Source: Candidatus Latescibacterota bacterium (GTDB lineage Bacteria > Krumholzibacteriota > Krumholzibacteriia > WVZY01). From it: a DNA stretch of 64,000 bases. This document shows positions 29,521-38,145 of this stretch, in pieces (positions within the stretch are counted from its first letter, which is position 1; each line of letters begins with the position of its first letter). The notes below the pieces were generated by a model. The model saw only the letters and a list, made by a program, of their open reading frames with translations. It had not been told where the DNA came from and ran no database searches. Position numbers and translations under genes: made by a program. Location of the stretch: NCBI GenBank assembly GCA_963791045.1, contig CAWBQK010000013.1, forward strand, positions 1 to 64,000, written 5' to 3'.

Positions 29521-30318
29521 TTAAGTCGACAGAAGCCGAATTTGTGGGATTTCTCTTTCGAGGATTCGCTCCCCGACCTGTTTGAAGTCCGGTGCGATGT
29601 CGCTGAGAAAGACCTGGAGGTCGGCAGCGCCGGTTTTGTTCTCGAGGTTGTCGGCGGCGAGCGCGCGCTCGACTTCCTTCGCCGTTTCAACCGCCGAATC
29701 GACAAGCGTCACGCCATCCCCCATCGTCCTGCCGATAACATCCCGGAGAAGCGGATAGTGTGTACACCCCAGGACCATGACATCGATGTCTCTGTCGCGA
29801 AATTCGCCTAGATATTCGTCGGCGACCTTTTCGGTCACCGGCGTGTCAACCCAGCCCTCCTCGACAAGAGGAACAAAAAGCGGGCACGACTTGGCGATGA
29901 CTTCCGCGGCGGGGTCGAGTTCGAGGATGCGCCGCTCGTAGGCCCCCGAGCGAATCGTTCCCGCGGTGCCGATTACACCGATCCGCGACGTGGATGATTT
30001 CTCAACCGCGGCGCGCGCGCCGGGCTCTATGACACCGACGATCGGGATACGAAACTCCCTCTGCAGCCTGGGGACCGCTTCGGCGGACGCCGTATTGCAC
30101 GCGACAACGATAAACTTGACCGAGTGGTCGAGAAGGAACGTCACGTTTTCACGCGAAAACTTGAGGACGGTATCCGGGCTCTTTGTCCCATAGGGCACCC
30201 GCGCGGTATCTCCGAAATAAACAAAAGACTCACCCGGAAGACGGGTGAGCAGTTCTTTCAAGACGGTGAGCCCCCCGATTCCCGAATCAAAGACCCCGAT
30301 GGCCCCGCCATTCGTCAC
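29521..30318 (-). CDS. murI: Glutamate racemase
   Basis: FDSGIGGLTV; VACNTAS; LGCTHYP. Confidence 0.97.
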   Translation of the reverse strand: MTNGGAIGVFDSGIGGLTVLKELLTRLPGESFVYFGDTARVPYGTKSPDTVLKFSRENVTFLLDHSVKFIVVACNTASAEAVPRLQREFRIPIVGVIEPGARAAVEKSSTSRIGVIGTAGTIRSGAYERRILELDPAAEVIAKSCPLFVPLVEEGWVDTPVTEKVADEYLGEFRDRDIDVMVLGCTHYPLLRDVIGRTMGDGVTLVDSAVETAKEVERALAADNLENKTGAADLQVFLSDIAPDFKQVGERILEREIPQIRLLST

Positions 30319-30333
30319 AGTATTCCTCCTGTA

Positions 30334-30960
30334 TCAACGCCAGTCACGGACGAGAAACGGCCGGTAGGCGTCGATATGCCCCCCGAGCGTACCCACCTGC
30401 AAACCCTCCACGAGGATCTGGACCGCCTGGACTTCGGGAAAATTCTCCGACACCGTTCGGATCACGGCGGCAATAGTATAGTACTCCGCCGAACTTCCAC
30501 CGGGATGACCTGCCACGATCTCGGCGCTGAAGTCGAGATACACCGTCGCGGATTCCGTATCATAAAAAGCGTTCAACAGACGCGTGCCTTCGGCGATGGT
30601 GCTGATCCCGTCTTCTTCCGGACCTCCGAGCAGCGCTCCGATCACCTGTTCCACCTGTTCGACAAGTTCCTTGCCGATGGCGACGAGCCGCGTCTCGGTG
30701 AGAAGGGTCTGGTTCTGCTTGTCGGCAAAATAAAGCGTAACCGTCCGGCTCCCCTCGGGAACGACGGCCACGCCCTCGGGCCGCTCGGGGCCCGACCCCA
30801 GACGCGACCTCTGATTCCACACAAAGATCGCCCCAACGATGACAACAGCCGCAACCAGTATAATGATGAAGTGGCGGCCGCGGAGCGTACCGCTCGCGTT
30901 CATCCCGTCATCGTCCGGGAAGGGGGAGTTGTTGTCTTTTTGTTGCTTGTCGTCGGTCAT
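30334..30960 (-). CDS. GerMN-domain membrane protein
   Basis: Single TM; VTLYF; LLGGP; YLDFS; VQILVEG; typical murI-rph neighbourhood. Confidence 0.85.
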   Translation of the reverse strand: MTDDKQQKDNNSPFPDDDGMNASGTLRGRHFIIILVAAVVIVGAIFVWNQRSRLGSGPERPEGVAVVPEGSRTVTLYFADKQNQTLLTETRLVAIGKELVEQVEQVIGALLGGPEEDGISTIAEGTRLLNAFYDTESATVYLDFSAEIVAGHPGGSSAEYYTIAAVIRTVSENFPEVQAVQILVEGLQVGTLGGHIDAYRPFLVRDWR

Positions 30961-30976
30961 AGTGTGGTATCAGCAA

Positions 30977-32497
30977 TCAGCGTTTGTACTTCTCGCGAAA
31001 GCGGCGAACCGATTCCACGATCCCGTCGGCGATCTTTTTTTGAAATTCTTCATCGAGCAGGAGCTGTTCCTCGCTCGGATTGGATAGAAACGCCGCCTCG
31101 ATCAGGACGGCGGGCATGTGGGCCCCCTGGAGAACCGTAAAATTGGCCTGCTTGACACCGCGGTTGCGGATGTCGAGTCTGTCGGACATTTCTTTCTGTA
31201 CCAGCTCGGCAAGATAGCTGGACTCGTTGATAAACTCGTTCTGGACGAGATCCCACACAATAAAATCGATGTCACCCGATTTGCCGGTCCCGATGTTGAG
31301 GAACTCGTCGGCGGAGTTCTCCGTCTTCGCCACAGCGCGGTCCCACTCGGTTCGCGCCTGCGAAAGGAAATACGCCTCGAACCCGCCGGTCTCGTCACTG
31401 AACCAGCTGTTGCAGTGGATGCTGATAAATAGGTCTCCGCCAACCTCGTTGGCAATCTCCGTCCGCCCGGTGAGTGAAAGCAGACGGTCGTCCTCACGCG
31501 TGAGGATTACGTTGACACCGAGACGACGTTCGAGGGCGTCGCGCGTCTTTTTGGCGAGGATGAGATTAACGTCTTTCTCCAACACGCCTGACACGCCGGT
31601 CTTGCCATAATCCTTGCCGCCGTGCCCCGCGTCGATAACGACGGTCTTTATCTCCAGGCGGCTGCGTTCGGCGGTGCGGCGGTCGACAATCTCGACGCGC
31701 TTTCTGTCGGCGAAATCAGGTTCGGGAATCTCGGGGAGGTCACCCTTCTCGAGGATCAAACGAATCGCGGGAGGCGACTCGTCACGTTCAATGAGAATCC
31801 GTTCGGTGAACCGTTTGATGTCAAAATAGACGAAGGCGTCGCTGTCCGTCTGTTCGGCGCGGATCGTGTTGAAGAGACCGTGCGCGTCCTTGATATCGAA
31901 TTTCTTGACGTCGACGCGACCGCCGTAAATCTTCAACCGGACGAGACCCGGCGTACTCGAATCGACGTGGTGCACGAGTTCTTCGCTCATCTCGATTATC
32001 GCGGTGGATCGATTGGCCGTGACAGAGAAATCAAGACCGCTGACGTTGTAACCGACCTTCGACACGAGAAGATTCCGCGCCGTCGCGTCCCACTCAAGGA
32101 CGCTCAAGGTGTAGGGCGGCGCGACATCGACAACAAATTCCATTGGAATCATCACGAAGCCCGATTCGTATCGAACGGGACTCCTGAGCATCAACGGCTC
32201 GCCGTCGATTACTACGACGCGCGTATCAACCGTGAATGTGAACCGCGTCCGGTTGATCCCAAGGATGACCTTGCGGCTCGACGCATTCCAGAATTGGGTG
32301 GCTTTGAAAATCCGCGCGACATCGTTGGCCCGTACATACAGCACATCGCTGTCGCGGTCGAGCTGCCACATCAAAATTTGTTCGGTTCGACGGCCGTCGT
32401 CGTAAACGACGGTAACGTCTTCCTGGCCGTAGGCGAGCGGGACCAGGGGCCCGGTCACAACGACCACCAGAATTACAAAGAGGATAAAAGCGCGCAT
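30977..32497 (-). CDS. N-acetylmuramoyl-L-alanine amidase (Amidase_3) with copper-amine-oxidase-N/AMIN-like N-terminus
   Basis: VVIDAGHGGKD; EKDVNL; FISIHCN; PAVLIEAAFLSN. Confidence 0.93.
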   Translation of the reverse strand: MRAFILFVILVVVVTGPLVPLAYGQEDVTVVYDDGRRTEQILMWQLDRDSDVLYVRANDVARIFKATQFWNASSRKVILGINRTRFTFTVDTRVVVIDGEPLMLRSPVRYESGFVMIPMEFVVDVAPPYTLSVLEWDATARNLLVSKVGYNVSGLDFSVTANRSTAIIEMSEELVHHVDSSTPGLVRLKIYGGRVDVKKFDIKDAHGLFNTIRAEQTDSDAFVYFDIKRFTERILIERDESPPAIRLILEKGDLPEIPEPDFADRKRVEIVDRRTAERSRLEIKTVVIDAGHGGKDYGKTGVSGVLEKDVNLILAKKTRDALERRLGVNVILTREDDRLLSLTGRTEIANEVGGDLFISIHCNSWFSDETGGFEAYFLSQARTEWDRAVAKTENSADEFLNIGTGKSGDIDFIVWDLVQNEFINESSYLAELVQKEMSDRLDIRNRGVKQANFTVLQGAHMPAVLIEAAFLSNPSEEQLLLDEEFQKKIADGIVESVRRFREKYKR

Positions 32498-32672
32498 GTT
32501 TCCGAATGTTTGAATGAAAGCCCTATCAGCCGATCAGATGAATTACCCCAACCTACACCGCAATCCGCGTCCGGTTCAACCCAAATTCAGATGACGCTCC
32601 GCTGCGCGGCGCGGCCACCGCTGAGTTTGAGGCAAACTCCGTACCCGAACGCCTGAAAGACGAGCCCCGTCG

Positions 32673-33122
32673 TCATCTTTTTTCCTTCAGACTCCGCCTC
32701 ATATCGCGGTCGGAGTCTCTCTTGGCGATATCCCGCCGTTTGTCGTACGAGTGCTTCCCCTTGGCCAGGGCGAGCTCCACCTTGGCGACGCCCCTGTCGT
32801 TGAAATAGAGTTTGAGCGGGACGAGAGTCAGCCCCTTTTCCCTTATCTTGCCGATCAATCGTCTGATTTCTTGTTTGTGCAGCAGCAACTTGCGGTCACG
32901 CCGCGGATCGAGCTGTGTCTGCGAGGTATGCGAGTATGGGCTGATGTGAAGCCCCTTGAGAATAACCTCGCCCCGCTCGACGGTGGCGTACGTATCCGTG
33001 ATATTCGCTCGGCCCTCGCGGAGCGATTTGACTTCGGTCCCCATCAGCGAAATACCCGCCTCGACCTTCTCGACCACAGTATATTCGTGACGTGCCTTCC
33101 TATTGGATACGATTACTTTCAT
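32673..33122 (-). CDS. smpB: SsrA-binding protein
   Basis: NRKARHEY; GTEVKSLR; RKLLLHK; KGKHSYDKR. Confidence 0.98.
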   Translation of the reverse strand: MKVIVSNRKARHEYTVVEKVEAGISLMGTEVKSLREGRANITDTYATVERGEVILKGLHISPYSHTSQTQLDPRRDRKLLLHKQEIRRLIGKIREKGLTLVPLKLYFNDRGVAKVELALAKGKHSYDKRRDIAKRDSDRDMRRSLKEKR

Positions 33123-33413
33123 GCACACATTATGGTGACCACCAGGCGGCTGTGCAAGGGTCAAATTGCCAACCACTTAAACTACTCCGCGAATTATCCA
33201 TTATATATACTACGAAATCATCTCTCCGCGAAATACCCGCCAGAATCAACGTATCACCATGTTATTTCGCGCGTTACGAGCTGTGACGCCCTTCCCTGCG
33301 GCGGCCTTGCCCAATAAAAAATGACGCCCCGCCGGCGACGACCGCCATTGTATATCATTATATAACCACATCTTATAGCGGCCACCACAAGATGTTGTGG
33401 GTCAAATCTCCCA

Positions 33414-33442
33414 TTGACTTTTATGGGTGTCTCCTCTATTCT
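33414..33442 (+). promoter_or_regulatory. Sigma70 promoter of tRNA-Leu
   Basis: TTGACT-N17-TATTCT. Confidence 0.6.
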
Positions 33443-33535
33443 GCCCCCTTAGAAGTCGGCGGTCGTTTGAATAATATTCGATGACATATTGCCTGCTTCT
33501 TCACTGCCAAAACCTTCCGACTTTCAAAACTGAAT

Positions 33536-33622
33536 GCCGAAGTGGTGGAACTGGCAGACGCGCTGCGTTCAGGGCGCAGTGAGGGAAACCTCGTGGGGGT
33601 TCGAATCCCCCCTTCGGCACCA
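33536..33622 (+). tRNA. tRNA-Leu(CAG)
   Basis: 87 nt with long variable arm, anticodon CAG and CCA end. Confidence 0.97.
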
Positions 33623-33645
33623 GTTATTTGAAAGGTTTGAGGTTA

Positions 33646-33688
33646 TAAAACCCTTCGGCGGAAAGCTCCAACTGCCGAAGGGTTTTTA
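33646..33688 (+). terminator. Intrinsic terminator after tRNA-Leu
   Basis: AAAACCCTTCGGC...GCCGAAGGGTTTTT. Confidence 0.8.
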
Positions 33689-33729
33689 TGTTTTCATCCG
33701 GCGCGGGATTACGTCGGCGCGGTCTTTCG

Positions 33730-34042
33730 CAGGCCCTCGCTCAGGACGGCGCGGGTCCTGTCATCGGCCTCCCCGGGCGTGCTCGCTTACGCTTCGTGCG
33801 GATAACTGATTCGCCGATAGTAGCACCGGTCACGAAACGACCACTCGTTCGTCGACAAAAGCGCCGTGCACGCCACCCGCACTCCGCGACGCTGCGCCGC
33901 CTCGGGGGCCCCGCCGATGCCACCCGCGCCTTCTCTTGACGAGGACGGTGCGGTCTTTCGAAGGGCCCTTCCGCGGGAGCGAGCGAGAATCCACTGTCGG
34001 CGAAGCCGACAGTTAGTCGAGCGAAGCGGAGCGAGGGCCCTG
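33730..34042. repeat. GC-rich palindromic (REP/MITE-like) intergenic element
   Basis: Outer inverted repeat CAGGCCCTCGCTC / GAGCGAGGGCCCTG; inner arms 33747-33788 and 33890-33931 match 47461-47544. Confidence 0.6.
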
Positions 34043-34160
34043 GAATGACCGCACGGCCGAATATCCTCCGATGGCGCTTGACGGGTTCGAAGGTCACGCC
34101 CTATTTTTAGGACTTCGGACGCACTACGTTACAAACAAACAAACCCGCTCAATAGAGAGG

Positions 34161-35042
34161 ATGTCCATGCGGCGGTTCATATGGTTGTTGTTGCTTCCCG
34201 GTTGCCTCTGGCTTCCCACGATCACTGGTTGCTCGACGACGGGCTTTGCCGTCGGCGCGATGGGACCTATTCTCGACAACACAAAAGTGGCGGCGCTCGC
34301 CTCGAGCGACATACGCACCTTCAACGCCGCCGTCCCATCCAATCTCATGCTCCTCGAGGGGCTTATACAGACCGAACCAAAAAAGGCCGACCTGCGGATC
34401 ACCGCGGCCATGATGTACTTCAGTTACGCATTCACATTCGACAACCCCGCCGACGAAGGGTATGCATCGACGCTCTACCTCAAAGGGTTCGAACACGCGA
34501 AGGTGGCGCTCTTCAAAAACAAGAAAATCGCCGCCGCGTGGAACAAACCGTTCGATGATTTCGCCGCCGCGACGGCCGAATTGACCGTGAAGGACATGGA
34601 GGCGATCATGTGGACGGCGGCTAACTGGTCGCAGTTCATCGCGCTCCATCTTGATTCCACAAAAGTTTTGACTCAAATACCCAGAAACACGGCACTTATG
34701 GAGCGTGCGGCCGAGCTCGACGGAACGTACTTCGAGGGCCTGCCGTATATACTACTGGGCAGCCTGCACGCGTTTCGTCCCCAGTTGATGGGAGGTGACC
34801 CGGAAGCCTCGCTGGCCAATTTCGAGAAAGCGTTCGCGGTCTCCGATAACCGTTTTCTGCTTTCTCATTATCTGTACGCGAGATTCTACTGCCATCGGAT
34901 GCTCGACGATGTCCAGTTTGAAGAAAAGCTCGAGTATGTGCTCGAACAATCGGATGACATTCTCCCCGAGTACCGGCTTCTGAACACCATCGCCAAACAA
35001 AAATCGGCAATCCTGTTGAAGGAGAAAGATGAACTTTTTTAG
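34161..35042 (+). CDS. TRAP transporter TatT component (TPR-like lipoprotein)
   Basis: Lipobox-like ITGC; P.LMGGDPEAS..FEKA; LLNTIAKQK; first gene of the dctPQM operon. Confidence 0.82.
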   Translation: MSMRRFIWLLLLPGCLWLPTITGCSTTGFAVGAMGPILDNTKVAALASSDIRTFNAAVPSNLMLLEGLIQTEPKKADLRITAAMMYFSYAFTFDNPADEGYASTLYLKGFEHAKVALFKNKKIAAAWNKPFDDFAAATAELTVKDMEAIMWTAANWSQFIALHLDSTKVLTQIPRNTALMERAAELDGTYFEGLPYILLGSLHAFRPQLMGGDPEASLANFEKAFAVSDNRFLLSHYLYARFYCHRMLDDVQFEEKLEYVLEQSDDILPEYRLLNTIAKQKSAILLKEKDELF

Positions 35043-36105
35043 ACATACACATCAAAGGACACGCATCATTGCCGCCGTCGCCGCCCTCGCGCTCGTCGTT
35101 ATGGCGGGGCTCGTCATCCAGACCGGGACGACGCACGCAAAAAAAGCCAAACCGGATACGTACATCAAGTTCGCCACGCTCGCGCCCGAGGGCAGCACGT
35201 GGATGAAGGTCATGCACGCCATCGACGATGATGTCCGTGCGGCCACTGAAAACCGTGTCGGTTTCAAGTTCTATCCCGGCGGTGTCCAGGGTGATGAAAA
35301 AGACGTCTTGAGAAAGATCCGAAACGGACAAGTTCACGGCGGCGGGTTCACCGGTTTCGGTCTCGGCGCGGTCGCGTCGGAATTTCGCGTGATCGAGCTG
35401 CCTTTCATGTTCAAGGATTACGCGGAAGTCGATTACGTTCGCGGCGAGCTGGACCCCTACTTCACCGAGGTGTTCGCCGACAAGGGGTACGAGTTCCTCG
35501 GCTGGGGAGACGTCGGCTTTGTCTATCTGTTCTCGAATACGCCGATACGGTCGCCGGAAGAACTCCAACGTTCAAAGATGTGGACGTGGTCGGGCGACGC
35601 GCTCGCCGAAATATTTTTCAACGCGTTCGATGTATCGCCAATCCCATTGGCGCTTCCCGACGTACTGACATCGCTGCAGATGGGTGTCATCGACGCGGTG
35701 TACAACGCGCCGCTCGCCTGCATCGCGCTCCAGTGGTTTACCCGGGTCAAATATATGACCGACGTCCCGGTCACATACGGGTTCGGCGCACTACTCGTGT
35801 CCAAAAAATCGCTCAAGAAGGTCAGCCCCGCCGACCTGGCAACACTCAAAACAATCTGCCGAAAACACTCGGACGCTCTTATCGGCAAGACACGGACGAG
35901 CAATGCGGAAGCCATCCAGGAAATCAAGGATGAGGGCGTCGACATCCTCGAAGTCGATCCCCAGGTCGAAAAGGCGTTCTTCATAAAGGGCCGGGACGCG
36001 TGGACGGAAGGGATCGGTAAACTCTACCCCGAAGACCTGCTCAAACGCGTGACCGTACTCGTCGACGACTATCGGGCGAACCCCAAAGAGGCAAAAAACC
36101 CTTAA
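35029..36105 (+). CDS. dctP: TRAP transporter substrate-binding protein
   Basis: KFATLAPEGSTW; YPGGVQGDE; DVLTSLQMGVIDA. Confidence 0.93.
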   Translation: MNFFRHTHQRTRIIAAVAALALVVMAGLVIQTGTTHAKKAKPDTYIKFATLAPEGSTWMKVMHAIDDDVRAATENRVGFKFYPGGVQGDEKDVLRKIRNGQVHGGGFTGFGLGAVASEFRVIELPFMFKDYAEVDYVRGELDPYFTEVFADKGYEFLGWGDVGFVYLFSNTPIRSPEELQRSKMWTWSGDALAEIFFNAFDVSPIPLALPDVLTSLQMGVIDAVYNAPLACIALQWFTRVKYMTDVPVTYGFGALLVSKKSLKKVSPADLATLKTICRKHSDALIGKTRTSNAEAIQEIKDEGVDILEVDPQVEKAFFIKGRDAWTEGIGKLYPEDLLKRVTVLVDDYRANPKEAKNP

Positions 36106-36114
36106 GGCAAATAC

Positions 36115-36798
36115 GTGGAACATCCAACCATCACGTACATCCTCATTGCCTCGAGCATCGTCGTAGCGTCACTGATCCGCGCCTATCTGGACAAGACGTC
36201 GCGGCTTCGCGGCCTGTTCAGATTTCTCGGTGGTTTTGAAATCACCATCATCGCCTTGCTCCTCGGATCGCTCATCTTTTTTGGATGCCTGCAGATCGTG
36301 CTGCGCAACTTCTGGCACCGCGGCCTGCTGTGGGCCGACCCGTTGATGCGGCACGCCGTTCTCTGGCTGGGATGCCTCGGCGCCGCGCTCGCCACGAGCA
36401 AAATGCGTCATATCAATATCGACGTGTTTACACGTTTCCTCGGGCCGAAGACTCGCGTCTTCCGTGACAAGATCGTTTATCTCGCGACGGCCTTTGCCGC
36501 CTCGATTCTCGGTTTTGCCGCGCTCAAACTCGTCATCGACGAAAAGTCGTTTGGCGAAAAAGCATTCCTCAATGTCGACATATGGGTCCTGCAGGCAGTT
36601 CTGCCGCTGGCCTTTTTTCTGATTTCATACAGGAGTCTCTTCAATACATGGTGTCCGCCCGAGATCAAGCCCATGGAATGGGATGAATTCGGAATCGAGG
36701 TCGACGCAGAGCCCACGCCCACCGGCGCCGACACCGGCGACGTCCCAACAAACGAAGACACGCCGGACGACCCTATCGAGGACGGATCGGAAGACTAA
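36115..36798 (+). CDS. dctQ: TRAP transporter small permease
   Basis: QIVLRN...WADPLMRHAVLW...HINID. Confidence 0.9.
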   Translation: MEHPTITYILIASSIVVASLIRAYLDKTSRLRGLFRFLGGFEITIIALLLGSLIFFGCLQIVLRNFWHRGLLWADPLMRHAVLWLGCLGAALATSKMRHINIDVFTRFLGPKTRVFRDKIVYLATAFAASILGFAALKLVIDEKSFGEKAFLNVDIWVLQAVLPLAFFLISYRSLFNTWCPPEIKPMEWDEFGIEVDAEPTPTGADTGDVPTNEDTPDDPIEDGSED

Positions 36799-38060
36799 TG
36801 GCTATACTGATCGCCCTCATAATCGCTCTTCTTGTCTTATTCGGCGTGCCGTTGTTCGCCGCGCTTGGGGGCATCGCGCTCATCGCGTTCAAGGGCGCCG
36901 AGATCGACATCTCTTCGGTGGGCGTCGCGATGTACACACTCGCCGGGTCGCCAATTCTGATCGCCATACCGCTCTTCACATTCGCTGGGTACCTGTTCGC
37001 GCACAGCAAAGCGCCAGACCGGCTCGTCGCGCTCTCGCACGCATTCTTCCCCGGCGGACTCGCCGTGGTCGCGCTGGTGTCGTGCGCGATCTTCACCGCG
37101 TTTACGGGCGCGTCGGGTGTGACGATCATCGCGATGGGCGGACTTCTCTACCCCGCTCTTTTGAAGGAAGGCTATTCGAAGAAATTCTCACTCGGCCTCC
37201 TCACCGCATCGGGGAGCCTGGGTCTTCTCTTCCCCCCGAGCTTGCCGCTCATCGTCTACGGGTACGTTGCGTCGGTGAATGTCGACGACCTTTTTCTCGC
37301 GGGGCTCGTCCCGGGGATCCTCCTCGTCGGCGTTCTCTCCGTCTACGGCATCCACACGGGGAGAAAGCAGGGCATAAAACGCGACCCGGTATCGCTCCGC
37401 GCAATCATCCGCGCGGTCAGGGGCGCCGCGTGGGAACTCCCGCTTCCCATCATCATTCTCGGAGGGATATACGGCGGCATCATCACGGTAATGGAGGCGG
37501 CGGCGATCACTGCGCTTTACGCGTTTGTCGTCGAAGTCCTGATCTACAGGGACATCCCGCTCGGCAAGCTGCCCCGCATCACGGCGGAGAGCATGACGCT
37601 CGTCGGCGGCATCTTGATAATCCTTTCGTGCGCCATCGCGCTCACCAATTATTTGATCGACGCCGAAGTACCGCTGCTGATACTCGACTGGATGAAGTCA
37701 TACATTTCGAGCAAGTACACATTCCTTCTCCTGTTGAATGTGTTCCTGCTTATCGTCGGCTGCCTGATGGACATTTTCTCAGCGCTCATCGTCGTCGTCC
37801 CCTTGATCGTCCCCGTCGCGCTCGGGTTCGACGTTCACCCGGTCCACCTGGGAATCATCTTTCTCACCAATCTTGAAATCGGGTATCTCACACCGCCGGT
37901 GGGGCTCAATCTCTTTATATCGTCATACCGATTCAACCAGCCGGTGGTGTCGCTCTATGTCGCGAGCATCCCGTACCTCCTCCTGCTGCTTCTCGGCCTG
38001 TTGATCATCACCTACGCGCCGCTACTGAGTCTCTTTCTCGTCAATCTCTTCGGCGGTTAG
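36798..38060 (+). CDS. dctM: TRAP transporter large permease
   Basis: AIPLFTFAG; TGASGVTI; GSLGLLFPPS; IGYLTPPVGLNLF. Confidence 0.95.
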   Translation: MAILIALIIALLVLFGVPLFAALGGIALIAFKGAEIDISSVGVAMYTLAGSPILIAIPLFTFAGYLFAHSKAPDRLVALSHAFFPGGLAVVALVSCAIFTAFTGASGVTIIAMGGLLYPALLKEGYSKKFSLGLLTASGSLGLLFPPSLPLIVYGYVASVNVDDLFLAGLVPGILLVGVLSVYGIHTGRKQGIKRDPVSLRAIIRAVRGAAWELPLPIIILGGIYGGIITVMEAAAITALYAFVVEVLIYRDIPLGKLPRITAESMTLVGGILIILSCAIALTNYLIDAEVPLLILDWMKSYISSKYTFLLLLNVFLLIVGCLMDIFSALIVVVPLIVPVALGFDVHPVHLGIIFLTNLEIGYLTPPVGLNLFISSYRFNQPVVSLYVASIPYLLLLLLGLLIITYAPLLSLFLVNLFGG

Positions 38061-38080
38061 ACGGCCGCGCCCCGGACTAC

Positions 38081-38119
38081 AAGAGGGCCCCGGCGATTTG
38101 CCGGAGCCCTCTTTTTTTT
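38081..38119 (+). terminator. Intrinsic terminator
   Basis: AAGAGGGCcCCGGC-gattt-GCCGGaGCCCTCTTTTTTTT. Confidence 0.85.
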
Positions 38120-38145
38120 GAAATCATCCCACGCGCCCGTGCGAT

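Noticed and set aside
33741-34097. 118-aa minus-strand ORF sharing ARVASxGPP with the PgaA-like protein
   Set aside because: The similarity is explained by the shared DNA palindrome; the ORF has no other coding support.
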